Part shown: positions 1 to 13,090 of the stretch, piece by piece
How positions within the stretch are numbered: position 1 is the stretch's first letter
Layout: each line of letters begins with the position of its first letter
Assembly: GCF_018977255.1 (NCBI RefSeq)
Contig: NW_024704743.1
Coordinates: forward strand, 5,768,001 to 5,832,000
Length of the DNA: 64,000 bases
Source of the DNA: Callorhinchus milii
Lineage: Eukaryota
Reading direction: 5' to 3'
Translations under genes and position numbers: made by a program
The notes under the pieces: model-generated
What the model was told of the DNA's origin: nothing
Databases searched by the model: none
What the model saw: only the letters and a program-made list of their open reading frames with translations

Positions 1-600
1 CTGCTTGTGGGGACATTTCTGTGCATCATGAGGCTGCTGCATTCTTCCACAAATACACTTCACATTAAATCCTGTGAAGCGCTTTGTGGTGATGTGAAAG
101 GCGCTAAACCACATGGAAGAATTATTATTATTATTATTATTATTATATTATTATTATGTCCTTTGTGATTTGCTGAGCTGGGGAAATAGCATAATATTTT
201 GCAGGTTTAACACCACAACTTTCTCAAGGCATGACATGAAAAGCTTTTTTTTAATTCTATTCGGCAGGAAATATTAGAGTGAAAAATGTGACACTCAATA
301 TAATAGTTATCGTTATAATAAATATCAGATTGACAAATTTAACCTTCTACACGCATCCCCAACTTCCCCACATTAAGAGCCTTTATTTTGTGCCACTTCA
401 GCATAACCTTGGGAATTTCCAGTACGGGCTACTGCAATGTGCTTTTGAGACATTTTTCCTAAGTGAAAGATGCTGTTGGCATTGTCGTAATAACAGAACT
501 CCTGATTAATACTGATAAAAGGTCTCTATTGTAGAAGCTATTGAAATAATTGTGGAATAAATACATTACAGTCAGAAATATTTATGTATGACTGCTATTC

Positions 601-1030
601 ATAGAATCATAGAATTATAAAGCAAGGGCATTCAGCACATTGTGCCCGTGCCAGCTCTTTGAAAGAGCTATCCAAATTAATCACATCCCCCTGTTCTCTC
701 CCCGCAGCCTTGCAAATTTGTCCTCCCGAAATATCTATCCATTTCTTTCTTGAAAGTTGTTATAGAATCTGCTTCCACCGCCCCTTCAGGCAGTGCATTC
801 CAGATCTGAACAACTCGCTGTGTGAAAACATTTCTCCTCATCTCCCCTCTGGTTCTTTCGACGATTATCTTAAATCTGTGTCTTTCTAGTTACCGACCCA
901 CCCGCCAGTGGAAACAGTTTCTCCCGTTCACTTTATCAAATCCCCTTCATAATTTTGAATTAAATACCTCTACTAAATCTCCCCTTAACCTTCTGTGCTC
1001 CAAGGAGAGCAATCCTAGCTTCTCTAGTCT
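601..1030 (-). mobile_element. CR1-type LINE 3' end fragment in a GAD2 intron
   Basis: The reverse complement resembles the end of CR1 ORF2 plus 3'UTR and has an ATTCTATG-type tail at 601-614. Similar pieces occur at 53390-53980 and 63670-63830. Confidence 0.75.
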
Positions 1031-1112
1031 TTATTCACTTGATTCTGACAAGTAAATCTTCCATCCATTCTTTCCTGCTAAAATATATATTTTTTCAATT
1101 CTGCCTGTTCAG

Positions 1113-1202
1113 CCACAGCACACTAACGTCTGTTTCTGGTACGTACCTCCCAGTGTACGTTACATACAAGACAAAGAAGAAAGGAGGAATTTGCTCATGA
1201 AG
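1113..1202 (+). CDS. GAD2: Glutamate decarboxylase 2 (GAD65), penultimate coding exon (90 nt, phase 0/0)
   Basis: Acceptor cctgttcag| and donor |gtgagt flank PQHTNVCFWYVPPSVRYIQDKEERRNLLMK. PQHTNVCFWY is the GAD2-type motif (GAD1 has PEHTN). This exon is not in the ORF track. Confidence 0.92.
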
Positions 1203-1721
1203 GTGAGTCAATTTCAATATATTGTACACACACGCACACGAGAATTCGACATTTTCAGTACAAATGAAACAGAGACAGAGAAAACAACAAACTTGTGTTA
1301 TTGTAACACCTTATCATGTCTAAGTGTCTACAACTGCTTCTGAATTAGAGGCTTATAGAGAGTATTGAACACCGTCACGATTGGCTGGGCTGAATGGTCT
1401 GTAAGAGCCTGTGTAACTCTTTGTAAAGTAATTATTTTCAAATGCAGTGAGTTAACGGGACAGCCATTTGCACCAACAGGGTCCCAATAACAGGCATATT
1501 CCAACCAACAATTAATCTGGAAAATTGTTGGCTGGGGTACTGACAGAAATATTTTCACGCAATGTCATGGGTTCATTAACTGAAAACAAACAGATGAATC
1601 TCAGTTGATGTCTCATCTGTAAGGCAGCAGTTCTAACAATGGAACAGTACTCATACAATCAAAGAAGTATACAGCACAGAAGGAGGCCATTCGGCCCATC
1701 GTGGCTGTGCCTGCTATAGTG

Positions 1722-2031
1722 TTTTGCCCACAAATATACAGTCAATTCACTTTACAGTCTATGCTGTGAAGCGCTTTGAGACGTCTAGAAGACGTGAAAA
1801 GCGCTATATCAAATGCAAAGATTATTATTATTATTACTGTACTATAGTGGTACATTTAGAGATGTATCTTGAAAAAGAAGGGGGAGAGTGGGACTCTAAA
1901 ATGTATGGCATTGAATATACAGTCAATTCACTTTACAGTCTATGCTGTGAAGCGCTTTGAGACATCTAGAAGACGTGAAAAGCGCTATATCAATGCAAAG
2001 ATTATTATTATTATTACTGTACTATAGTGGT
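1722..2031 (+). repeat. 5'-truncated SINE 3' fragment duplicated in tandem around an inverted 70-bp insert
   Basis: 1733-1851 is repeated at 1914-2031. 1848-1917 is the reverse complement of 2103-2172. Confidence 0.9.
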
Positions 2032-2549
2032 GTGTCAGCTGAGACTATGACCTCAAGTCTCACCAATTTCTCCACGGTCTTATTTTTGTCTGAAATTAGC
2101 AGTATTCAGTGCCATACATTTTAGAGTCCCACTCTCCTCCTTCTTTTTCAAGATACATCTCTAAATGTACCAGCTTTGGACATCTTTTCCCTCCCCATCC
2201 CCTCAGCTTCCACCCCCAGCTCATCCAACATTGTGAAGCACTTTTGAGACATCCTCCCAACGTGGAAGGAGCGGGATAAACATAAATTCTATTATATTGT
2301 GAAAGCAACTTGATAGTGTTTTTCTTCTTAAGACGCTGGCAAGTTGCTTCCCTAATTCAGATACTTCCTTTTCTTCCCTTGTTTAGGAACTGTAGTTAAA
2401 CTGGTTATAAAATGCATATTAAAGTAGTTTTATTGTCACATATTGGTTCTGTGTGACCTTCTGCAACCCTGCCACCTGGCTGGTGTCATCGCTGGGCTGC
2501 TGACTTCAGAGTGAGATTTGTCAATCTAACGTACTTTTGGTCATTTCAG

Positions 2550-2723
2550 GTGGCCCCACAGATTAAAACCAGAATGATGGCATTTGGGACCACAATGGTA
2601 AGTTATCAACCACAAGGCGACAAAGTTAATTTCTTCCGCATGGTCATCTCAAACCCAGCAGCAACACAGGAAGATATAGATTTCCTGATTGAGGAAATCG
2701 AACGGCTCGGACACGACCTGTAA
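2550..2723 (+). CDS. GAD2: Glutamate decarboxylase 2 (GAD65), final coding exon
   Basis: Branch-like CTAAC at 2526-2530 and acceptor tcatttcag|. Encodes [57 protein letters not shown], the GAD C-terminus. MVSYQP and DKVNFF are GAD2-like. In frame with exon 1113-1202. Confidence 0.93.
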   Translation: MAPQIKTRMMAFGTTMVSYQPQGDKVNFFRMVISNPAATQEDIDFLIEEIERLGHDL

Positions 2724-3920
2724 CTGCAAGGGCAAGGCATCCACGATAATACAACGGAGTTGTTGCTAATGTGTGAATGTATTTAATTGTTTATCTCCCC
2801 CCCCCCCCCCCAAAGTGACTCTGGTTTTGACCAGTGGCCAAACAGAGGTTGGAGCTGAAGGCTTCCTATGTGGAATTAAGGGTGTTGCAAATTATTTAAC
2901 GCCATTCTCAATAGTCTGAAATAGCAAGAGCTTTGAATCATAAGTGACAGGCAGCGTCCCAGAAACATTGATCTAAGGCATTAAGTAATTCCGATATTGA
3001 AGTCAAAGTGATGCATTAATAGTAAGTAAAGCACTTTAAAATTCACTTGGATATTTTATCTTATTGATGTAATATCCATCTCAGCATGCATAATGCACCA
3101 ATAACAGGCACCATTTCAAGTCATTACTGTTTTTAAAGGCTGACAAACTTTTTTTTCTGCATTTTTCCTGGAGTTTAGCAGAGCTGCAAAAGATTTCAGA
3201 TCCAAAGCCCATGAGCCTTATTTGTGATTTTGTTCTCTTTGTCTAAATGCAATAAAAATAATTTTAAGGAGAGTCTTCCTCTCAATCCAACCTAGTTTGC
3301 TCTATTTGATGTATATATTTATATATATTTATATATATATTTATATATATTTATGGTCAGCCGCACACGGAAACCCATCAAAACCAAGCTGAGAATTCCA
3401 TGCATCCCATGTATTAGAATGGAATGGGCACTCTCTCCCTGGAGGCTTGCATCCTAATTCCCTAATTCCGGAGAGTATATATAGAAATATATTTAAGGGT
3501 TCTGCATTAAAGTATCAAATTCAATATAATATTTATTTTGGTAGAGAAAAAAGTTGCTTTAATACGTTTAATTGCCAATATTTGAATATGTGAGTTCAAT
3601 GTTTGAAATCCTCCGATCAGAAGTTTACATGAACGGTGTGTTTCTGTGATGTTCTTCTTGATGTAAAGAAATACACAAAGGACTATTCTGTTGTTAACTG
3701 GAGATCTATCAATGTCCGTGAATGTGTCTCCTTTGTAGAACTTTTGAGTAATGTCTAGTTTACCTCAGATTGAGGCTGTGCACTTCAGAATCAAGATGTA
3801 CTGTGTTGACTTGACAATGGTTTAATGTACTGGTATGCTGTTTTTACACCATATTCTTACTAGGTAAATGTGGTTTTGGTACCTGGAGACTGTGAATAAA
3901 CACTCCGTCTTGTCCTCCAC
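2724..3920 (+). other. GAD2: GAD2 3'UTR (approximate end)
   Basis: AT-rich, mostly unique sequence after the stop codon, with AATAAA at 3251-3256 and 3895-3900. Confidence 0.6.
3895..3900 (+). promoter_or_regulatory. Candidate distal poly(A) signal of GAD2
   Basis: AATAAA at the end of the unique 3' region, followed by GT/T-containing sequence. An alternative proximal AATAAA lies at 3251-3256. Confidence 0.55.
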
Positions 3921-5497
3921 ACCCAACATGCTGTCAATTTGTGTTAAGATCTCAGTGCAATCACCCCCATGATACAAAAATCATTTTCGCTATTTGCCAC
4001 TAAATTCTAGAGTATAATAATAATCTGTCTCACCTTCGGTAGTCAGGCCTTTTTGCCCCCACCTTCCGGAACTCCCTCCCTCATTTGCCTCATTCCTTCT
4101 CTCGTCTCCTTTAAGGTTCTTTTTCAAGACTTTTCTCTTTGACCACGCCTTCAGTTATTTTCCCACCCCTTTGGCCCCCACCCCTCCCGAATCCAACCCC
4201 CAACTCAGGTGCAAACCCTTGACTGTCCAGCGCTTTGGGACATCCTCCTGACATGAAGGACGCTATATAAACTCAATTTGTTGTTGTTGTATGTTGTTAA
4301 AACATCGCAAAGTGCTTCACGGCAATTATGGTTAAGCGTAATGACTGTACTTTTAGGCAAACATGACAGTCGATTTGCTCACAGCAAGTTCCCTCAAGCA
4401 GCCAGTAAGTGTGTGATCAATTCTCTGGAGGATTATTGGATATGGTGTTATGGCCACATTCAATTAAGCGAGACAATGTGAAGGAATAAAAAGCTCAGCA
4501 AGCCCTTCACTGCTCTTCAGCCTGGGAGAAATGAGCTACCTGTAGTTTAACTCAGGTTTTTTTTATCTCCATGCTGTTGTATTCTTTGTCTCCCGAAGGC
4601 ATTTCATTTCACAAAGGATTTAATTTATCTTATTTATGCTCTTAGCTACCCTAACTTCGATGACGACAAACAACAACAACTTGCCTTTTATATGGGGCGG
4701 TGTCTCGGAGCGCTACAACCTTTAGTCACCTGGGTATTTGCACATCAAGATCCCTCTGCTCATCTATTCCATTCAAAATCTTACCGTTTCAATTTTAATT
4801 TTATTTCCTCATTCTTCCTATCAAGATGTACTACTTCACATGTTTTGGCTTTGAACAGCATCTGCCATCAAGCTGGCCATCTGCGAACTTATGTGTTTTG
4901 ATGTACTCCTGCAGTTTTGCACAATTTTTATTCAAACTGCAGGTGAGAGTGTGTAAGTGCGCAGATCCCCTTTAAGCAGGTGTGTTTTTCTTATTGAAGC
5001 TTAATATAAATTTCCACTTGTTGGGTTTGGAAAGAGAAAATTGTGTAGCTGTTGTGGTCACATCCTTGTAACGGCATAGGCTGTGCATTCCATGTGTTTA
5101 GCAAGATCCTCAGACTCGCTTATAAAAGTGAAACAGAACAAAAAAAAATTGTGCAGTGATTTTCTTGCATCCGATGAAAATATTGCAGTGGTTCCTCCTC
5201 TTAAACAATCAACATGGAGCCTTGTGTTGGAATCTGAATAGTAAACACTGTGTGTCCTTGCTGTCCTTGTTGTATATTCAGCCAGACACAGGTCCAGAGT
5301 TACCTGCAATAAAGATCTTGTGTTGAGCATCCTCTGCCTTTTCTTTGCCTTGAAGTGCGAATTCTACATTCGAGGTTAGCGAATCGATCCCAAACAGCAA
5401 GATGTGGAGTCTATCAACTGCAGGAGGAAAAAACATTGGGCCCAATTTAGAGCTGGTACACCTACACCAAGGCCTAACCCTAGTGCAATTTCACATT

Positions 5498-6780
5498 AAC
5501 AACAACAACAACATTACATTTGTATAAAGCCTTTCATGTCGGGAGGACGTCCGAAGACGCTGGACTATCGGTGCTTCTGACCCGAGCTGGGGGTCGGGAT
5601 TGGGGCAGGTGGAGGGCAGGAGGGGCCTGGAAGGAGGGTGACCGAAAGCACGGTCAAAGAGGAGGGTCTTCTGAAGGGTCTTGAAGGAGGCCAGGGAGGG
5701 GGCAAGCAGAGGGACTGGACTGGAGTTCCATAGGGTGTTTGGAGAGTGGCTGAAGGCCCGCCTGCCAATGGTGAGGCGGGTGAGGTGGAGCACGTGAAGC
5801 AGGCGATAGCCTGCTGAGTGGAGGGAGCGGACAGATTGGTAGGGGTTTAGGAGGTCACAGAGGTAGAAGGGAGCAAGGCCATGGAGGGCTTTGAAAGGGA
5901 GGTCCAGGATCTTGAAATGTAACCTCTGTGTAATGGGAAGCCAGTGGAGTCGGGCGAGGATGGGGGTAATGGGGTCGTGGAGCTTGGTGCAGGAGAGGTC
6001 CCGGGCTGCAGAGTTCTGGATGATCTGCAGCCTTTGGGGGGAGGAGTTGGGAAGGCCGACAAGTAGGGAGTTTGCGTAATTGAGCCTGGATTATGAATAT
6101 GTGTATGAGGGTCTCGGCAGCCTGCAGTATGAGACAGTGGCAGAACCAGGCGATGCTTTGGAGGTGGAGGAAGGCAGAGCGGGTCATGGCACAGATGTGG
6201 GGTAGAAAAGACAGTTGAGGGTCAAACAAGACACTAAGGTTCCGGACTGGCTTAGCGAGGTGGAGTGTGCAACCAGGGATGGTGATGCTGTCAGCGTCTG
6301 AGGTGTGGAGACGCTGACGGGAGCCAATCAGGAGGGCCTCAGTCTTGTTGATGCTCAGCTGTAGAAAGTTAGCTCTCATCCAGGACTTGAAGGGCGAAAC
6401 CTTGGGCAAGTTTCCTTACTCCACACGCCTAATAATAATCCCTCCAAAAACAAAAAAGAATAATAAATTGGTCATTTTCAATCCACGACTGTCTGTGGGA
6501 CATTGCTGTGCGCAATTGGCTGCCGCGTTCGCCCACAAATACACAGTCAATTCACTTTACAGTATATTCTGTGAAGCGCTTTGGGACGTCTAGAAGACTT
6601 GAAAAGCGTTATATCAAATGCAAGGATTATGATTATTATTATTATTTTTATTGATGTCTGTCAGGAGAGCAATGGTCCTAGAGTCAAGGGTGGAGGCAGA
6701 GAGATAAGAGTTGTGTATCATCCACATATGTGTGGAAGTTGACCCCATGTCTGCAGATGATGTCACCAAGAAGGAGCAAG
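5498..6780 (-). mobile_element. L2-clade LINE 3' fragment interrupted by a SINE (6391-6650, + strand)
   Basis: Translations include WMRANFLQLSINKTEALLIG, VRNLSVLFDPQLSF and GRRAFSHSPNTLWNS, with a (TTG)n tail. L2 sequence resumes at 6651 after the SINE, with TTGA on both sides. Confidence 0.9.
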
Positions 6781-7729
6781 AACATCATATCTAGCATCCT
6801 AAGATGCTATTTTTAGCGGAACTCTTATGAAGGAAAGTCGCTGAACATGTACGAAATAGAGGCATCAAATTCAGGGCTACTGACCGCTCATTGAGGTACA
6901 CACCTCATTCTATTATTAATACATAATAATATTAATAAAGAAATCAAGCAGGAATTAATGTTAAAGTATGTTCTGCTTCTGTATATTCTCCAAGTCCTTG
7001 ACTGTCCAACTCCTTGAGGTGTCCTCCAGACTTGAAATGAGCTATACAAGTGTAATTTATTGTTTGTTGTTGTTGTTGTTTGTGAGACTCCCCAGCTCCT
7101 CCCTGCACAGGTTGCAGATTATCCAAACCTTTGCAGCCCGTGTCCTCTCCTGTACCAGGCTCCATGAGCCTATCACCCCATCGTTGCTTGGCTTCACTGA
7201 CTCCCCATCCTCCAGCGGTTTAAGTTCTTTCTCATATTTCAATCTCTCCACGGTCTCAACCCACTCTACCTCCACTACCTCCTTCACCACTCCTTTCGCT
7301 CAGCTGTCACTGCCATTTGCCCGGCTCTATCTATACCGCCATCGGTGGCAGGTACCCATTCTCTAGAACTCCATTCCCAAGTCCTCTGACTGCCTTCCTC
7401 CCCTCTTTCAAGTTACATTTCAAAACAAATCTCTTTCACCTTATGGTCATCTTTCCCCTCCTCATCCCCCCACAGCTCCCATCCTCAGCTTCCTGCACCC
7501 TCACGTCTATTGCCTACCCAGAATTTTCAAGCACTTTGGGACATCCTTCCGATCCGATAGATCCTATATTAATGTAGTGTAAGAATGGATTTGGTTTTGG
7601 CTCATGGGCATAAAATTACCCCATACATTTCGATTGCATCAAAGCATTGATGCTGCAACAAGTACAAATGTTAACATTGTTGATAACTTCGGTTAACATT
7701 AGGTGAGTCATAATAATACTATTAATAAT

Positions 7730-8065
7730 CCTGGCTTTGATATAGCTCTTTTCACATCTTCTAGACATCTCAAAGCGCTTCGCAGAACATACTGTAAAGT
7801 GAATTTACTGTATATTTGTGGGCGAAACGTGGGAGCCAATTGCTCACAGCAGTGTCCCACAAACAGTCGTGGATTGAGCAACCAAATTATTACCCCCGGA
7901 AAGGCGATGAGCCAATCGACTAACAACTCGGTTCCTACTTACTGTTAGGTAAACAGAGGCGTGTGGAGTAAAGAAACTTGCCCAACATTTCGCGCTGCCG
8001 GGAATCAAACCCAGGTCTCTCGCTTGCGAGGCGAGTGCTCTAACCACTAAGCTACAGGACTCCAC
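7730..8065 (-). mobile_element. tRNA-derived SINE, long form
   Basis: Head GGAGTCCTGTAGCTTAGTGGTTAGAGCAC, internal GCCTCTGTTTACCTAACAGTAAGTAGGAACC block, L2-like stem-loop tail and (ATT)n. Confidence 0.9.
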
Positions 8066-8134
8066 AAGTCATAAATATGAATTGTTGAAAACAATTATTA
8101 TAAATCTTCCCTATTTTATTCTTGAATGTTTGAT

Positions 8135-8429
8135 ACAGCGCTTTTCATGTCTTCTAGACGTCTCAAAGCGCTTCACAGAATATACTGTAAAGTGAATTAA
8201 CTGTATACTTGTGGGCGAAACGCGGCAGCCAATCGCGCACAGCAGTGTCCCACAAACAGTCGTGGATTGAAAATGACCAATTTATTATTGCTTTGTTTAG
8301 GAGGGATTATTATTATTATTAGGCGTGTGGAATAAGGATACTTGCCCAAGGTTTTGCCCGGCCGGGAATTGAACCCACGTCTCTCGCTTGCAAGGTGAGT
8401 GCTCTAACCACTGAGCTACAGGACTCCAC
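8135..8429 (-). mobile_element. tRNA-derived SINE, short form
   Basis: Same head and tail as the long form but lacks the internal block. Confidence 0.9.
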
Positions 8430-10607
8430 TTCCACTTTTAGACTATGTGAACCTGGAACAATGTGAATAGATATAAATATCAGCAAGTCAATGCGACTAG
8501 CAGTACAAATCACAAAAGCAGCTCGCATTTATACAGCGTCCTTTACATGGGATAGCTTTTGCACTGTACAATAGCAAGATTGGATGCCAAGAAAGGGAAT
8601 GGGTGCTGGGGGACAACGGCTATAGACGGTCAAAGGTTGGTCTTAAATTCGGATTTAAAGATAAAGAGAGAGCAAGGCAAAGGGATTGATTACTTGGGTT
8701 AACTCTATCGAAACTGATGATACCACAAGATACGCAAAAGCAAGTCTTGCTGCTCCTATCTCCCAACGATGTGATTTATCTTACTGCTATCGCTAGCACC
8801 TTTAAGGCCTGCGTGAGTCACATTAGCATTGAATGGTCCTGCAAAGCATTTTGCCTCGAGTGAGAATTCAATGACTGCAGTTTAGTTGGAAACAAAGAGC
8901 TCATCCCAGCATCGCCAATCAGCCAGTCTTAACCACGTTTGATCAGCAGAGGGCAAGAGCATTCCATTACAGTAACTGACATTACTGTTCAGAAACTCTC
9001 AACAGATTTCTAACCATTGTTGCATTCAAAAGAAGCAAGACTCAAAACTAACATGGGATTTTATCCCACGTCCCAAGGTGCTGGACAATCGGTGTTTTGG
9101 ACCCAAGCTGGGGGTCGGGATCGGGGACGATGAAGGGCAGGTAGGGGGAAGGAGGGTAATCGAAAGCACGGTCGAAGAGGAGTGTCTTGAGATGGGTCTT
9201 GATGGAGGCAAGGGAAGGGGCGAGGCGGAGGGACTGCGGGATGAAGTTCCGGACAGCAGGGGCAGAGTGGCAGAAGGCCCGCCCGCCAATGGTCAAAAAC
9301 AAAGCGGACATATTATCTTTACCCATGCTCTTCACTGCTCCTTTGTTTAACACATATACATGTCCATAATCGTTTCAAGTTTCCTCAAATGCTCATCAGC
9401 TTTCATCTATGCACTCAATGAGTTATTGATTTGTTTTTAAGTTAATGAGGCATATTTATTCTTCTTCTATAAATTAAAAGCAGACCAGAGCATACATTAT
9501 AATTGTAATAGTTTGCAGTAAAGAAACATCTTATCAACATGTTGTAAATGATAATAAATCTGACTCTTCCCCCTTCCCGCTCCCACCCTCATTCGTGTTG
9601 CAATTAAAAGTCACATCAAAGAGTGTGGAAAGCAGATTAAACTACAAACTGATTTTAGCTTGGAATTAGCCATTGTTTGTACTAATAGGGAATGACATAA
9701 CACTCATAAACCTCTCAAGTTTGCAATTGACCTCAAATCCATGACGTGCCGACTATTGACGATCAGTCACTCATCACAGACTCACGGAGACTCGGAAGCC
9801 GTTTCAGACTGCAATCAATGATCGTTGTACTGAACAGTGAGGTGCCCGGTTTGCTGAAGCGGACAGCCTATCTTTTAACTTAGGCAATGAAAGAGACTGT
9901 GAAATAAGTGCCCGCAATTGTGAGGTGGCTGGATTACCGAGGTGACCGGGAACTGGGTTTGTACTGTACAGGCCTGACGTGAAAGACGCTATACAAATAT
10001 AATTTGTTGTTATTGCTGTTTGGTGCTGGGGAGTGCAGCATTCTCAGAAATGCTGTTTGTCAGAAGAGACATTAAAACAGGACCCCATCTGGCTGTTTAG
10101 GTAGAAGTTAAAGATCCCATAGAACTGTTCAAAAAGAGAAAGGGTTTCTCCTGGTGTCTTCGACAACAAATCTTCCAGATAAAATTGATCATTCACTTAA
10201 TGGCTGTTTTGCGGGACATTACTGCATGCAAATCAGCTGCCATAAATGCCTAAAAAACACAGCCTTTACACTTGACAGGAATTACCTTTGAAATGATTTA
10301 GACATTTCAATATTATAGCACTATGGCAAACAGGGAAATAAATGGTTAACAAAGCATGAGAAATAACCTTACCCAGGAGGTTATTTCAGGACCTAAATAA
10401 TAATGCTAACCATACACAATAATAATAATAAATGTTGCATTTGATATAGCACCTTATCACATCATTGTCTTATCACATATTGTCTCAAAGACCATCATAG
10501 CATTTATTGTAAAGTGTGGTGACTGTATTTTGTAGGGGAATACAGCAGACAATTTGTGCACAGGAATATTTCACAAATAGCCATATCCACATATAGTGCA
10601 TTCCCTA

Positions 10608-10932
10608 CAATAATAATAATAATAATAATCCTTGCATTTGATATAGCGCTTTTCACGTCTTCTAGACGTCTCAAAGCGCTTCACAGAATATGCTGTAAAG
10701 TGAATTGACCGTATATTTGTGGGCGAAACGCAACAGCCAATTGCGCACAGCAGCGTCCCACAGACAGTCGTGGATTGAAAATGACCAATTTATTATTGTT
10801 TTATTTTGGAGGGATTATTATTAGGCTCTGTGTGGAGTAAGGAAATTTGCCCAAGGTTTCGCCCTCTGCCTGGAATTGAACCCAGGTGTCTCGCTTGCAA
10901 AGCGAATGCTCTAACCACTGAGCTACAGGACT
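10608..10932 (-). mobile_element. tRNA-derived SINE, short form
   Basis: Near full length with A/B-box head and (ATT)n tail. Confidence 0.9.
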
Positions 10933-11399
10933 ATATCACCAACACTCCAAGAATCTTTCCAGGAAGTGGAGGTGCGAAGCTCAAGTGGCTGCTCCTTACC
11001 TCTTTGCAAACCAATTCAGGGGGATTCCAAGTGTTGGATATATGAATGTGTGTTCACAAGGTCAGCATGTAGCAATGTGCAAAGGCAGAATATTCGTCTC
11101 CCTGGAACGCAGCACATATATAACCAGTGCTCTTCTCACATGGCAAGTTCAATGAGTCTAATCTGACTACAGTTAAAAAAACATCTGCACACCAACTGGA
11201 TCTGTGGTTCTATCAGAAATAAACTGTATGGGCAGAATGCCAAACCTTCATTTCTGCTCAGTTAGGATCTGTCAATCCGGATTTACTCTCAATTCAATTT
11301 TTTAACTGAATTGCCTGATCTATAAAAGTAAATATTATGGGGGGAAAAGGAGCCGAAAATAGCAAAGAGAGAAAAGAGAAATAATCAAACAGATGGTAG

Positions 11400-11750
11400 G
11401 AGAGTAGATAACGTACATTTCAGAATTGGAAACATATGGGTTGAAGAAAAAGTACAATATAATTGAAATAACAGAGACGTGGTTATGCAAGAATGTTGAT
11501 TGGAGATTAAAATACCAGATTCAAGAGTAAATGGAAGGGATAGGCATCATAAAAACGACAATGGTGGAGCAGCAACACAGGTAAAAGGGATCATAGTGTC
11601 CATAAAAAGAAATTCTACTTGTGCCTCGGGTGCTACAACAGAGAATTTATAGATTTAAATCTAGAGGAGTAAAAGTAAGAAGGCTGTTGGGCTCTATTAG
11701 GATTATAGGATGTTTGTGGTAAACAGGGGAAAGCTGAGGAGAAGGGGAAA
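11400..11750 (+). mobile_element. Degenerate CR1-type LINE endonuclease fragment
   Basis: Manual translation gives ELETYGLKKKYNIIEITETWL and, after a frameshift, RDRHHKNDNGGAA, matching the APE endonuclease ITETWL and RDR..GG motifs. Confidence 0.6.
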
Positions 11751-12589
11751 GAGGCACTCTGCTCATTCTTATCTCTCATCAAGGACAGCAAGGTCCAATG
11801 TAGGTTGACCTTACATTGCTCCAGGGAGAGAATGTACATTCCATCCCATCCCAGAAATGTCCATGGGTTGGCAGTCTCAGTCTGGTTTGGGTACTCAAAT
11901 GTGGTGTTGAATTTCCGACACCCAGCTGACCCAAAATAACGTATGCCACTTTGTGCCAGTATACCAGTTTCGAGTCAAACGAGAAAATAAGCAGGTGCCA
12001 GTCTTCACAAGTCACATTCCTACTTTTGCCCAGTTCAGAACAGTCACGTTGTGATCGATTCCCACATGTGTCAGACACCCAGTTGACCAAAGAAAATCCT
12101 AAAATGAACATTATTGTCTACATCAGGATAACAATACTGCCTCTTATATTTGGTAATAGCATCTATAGCATTGCAATGTTGCAACATTTCAAAGCACTTC
12201 ACAAGTAATTGCTCTAAAGTGATAACATTTGCAGGCAAATTTTTATAATATCAGTACTGAACAACAACAACAAGATTACATTTGTATGTAATGTAACTTC
12301 ACGGCGGGAGGACGTCCAAATAATATGTCAATATAAAAGGATATTTGTGAAATCCTATTAAAGAAGCTTAAAAGATAGTGGTAACAAAATAACAGTTTCA
12401 TGAAGGAGTTGAACATCAATCAATATAGTTTATCTATCCAATTTCTCATGAGATTCTTTTGCTGTATCTATCTCAAAATCTTTTCGATTTAGAGAAAGAT
12501 AATCCTGAAGCCTTCTATTTGGTAGGAACTTGTTTAATTCCCTTTTTGAAAAACTTTGCAGTTTCTTGTTCCATCACAAGAGTGGGCCT

Positions 12590-13090
12590 CCGGATCACAA
12601 GATTGGTTTGGATGAAGAAGGCCCATCTGACTTCATCCCTCCAGAATACCCACCCACCCTACTGTCCTTCCACCACAGCATCAAGCTGTGCGTCCAGTTT
12701 CCTGGCGTCAACCACCCTTCCTGGCAACTTGTTCCAGTCATTAATTACCCTCTGAGTAAAGAAAAGCTTTGTGGCTTCTGCTCTGAAATTACCCTTCATA
12801 ACTCTAAACCTATGTCCTCTTGTTCTACTGCTGGGTGCCAATTCCCCGTTTAGTAAAAGCAAAGTCCCCTGTTATTCCTTATTCTCCTTCTTTCCACATT
12901 TTGAAGAAATGAGCTTCTTTGTTCTTCCATTTTTTTACAAATCAAGAAAAAACATCTGATTGCAGATTTTCCAAATCCATCATAATCATACATACCTCGA
13001 TCGAGTCCCCATCAGTCTTCTCTGCTTCAGAGAGAAAAGGTCCACGATAACCACTCTTTCCTCGTAACTCTGTCCACTAAATTCTGGAAC
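12590..13090 (-). mobile_element. CR1-type LINE 3' fragment
   Basis: TRGHRFRVMKGNFRAEATKLFFTQRVINDWNKLP is the typical CR1 ORF2 C-terminus. Confidence 0.85.

Noticed and set aside
2550..2723. Assignment to GAD1 or GAD3
   Set aside because: PQG is GAD1-like, but PQHTN, MVSYQP and DKVNFF favour GAD2. A phylogeny would settle it.
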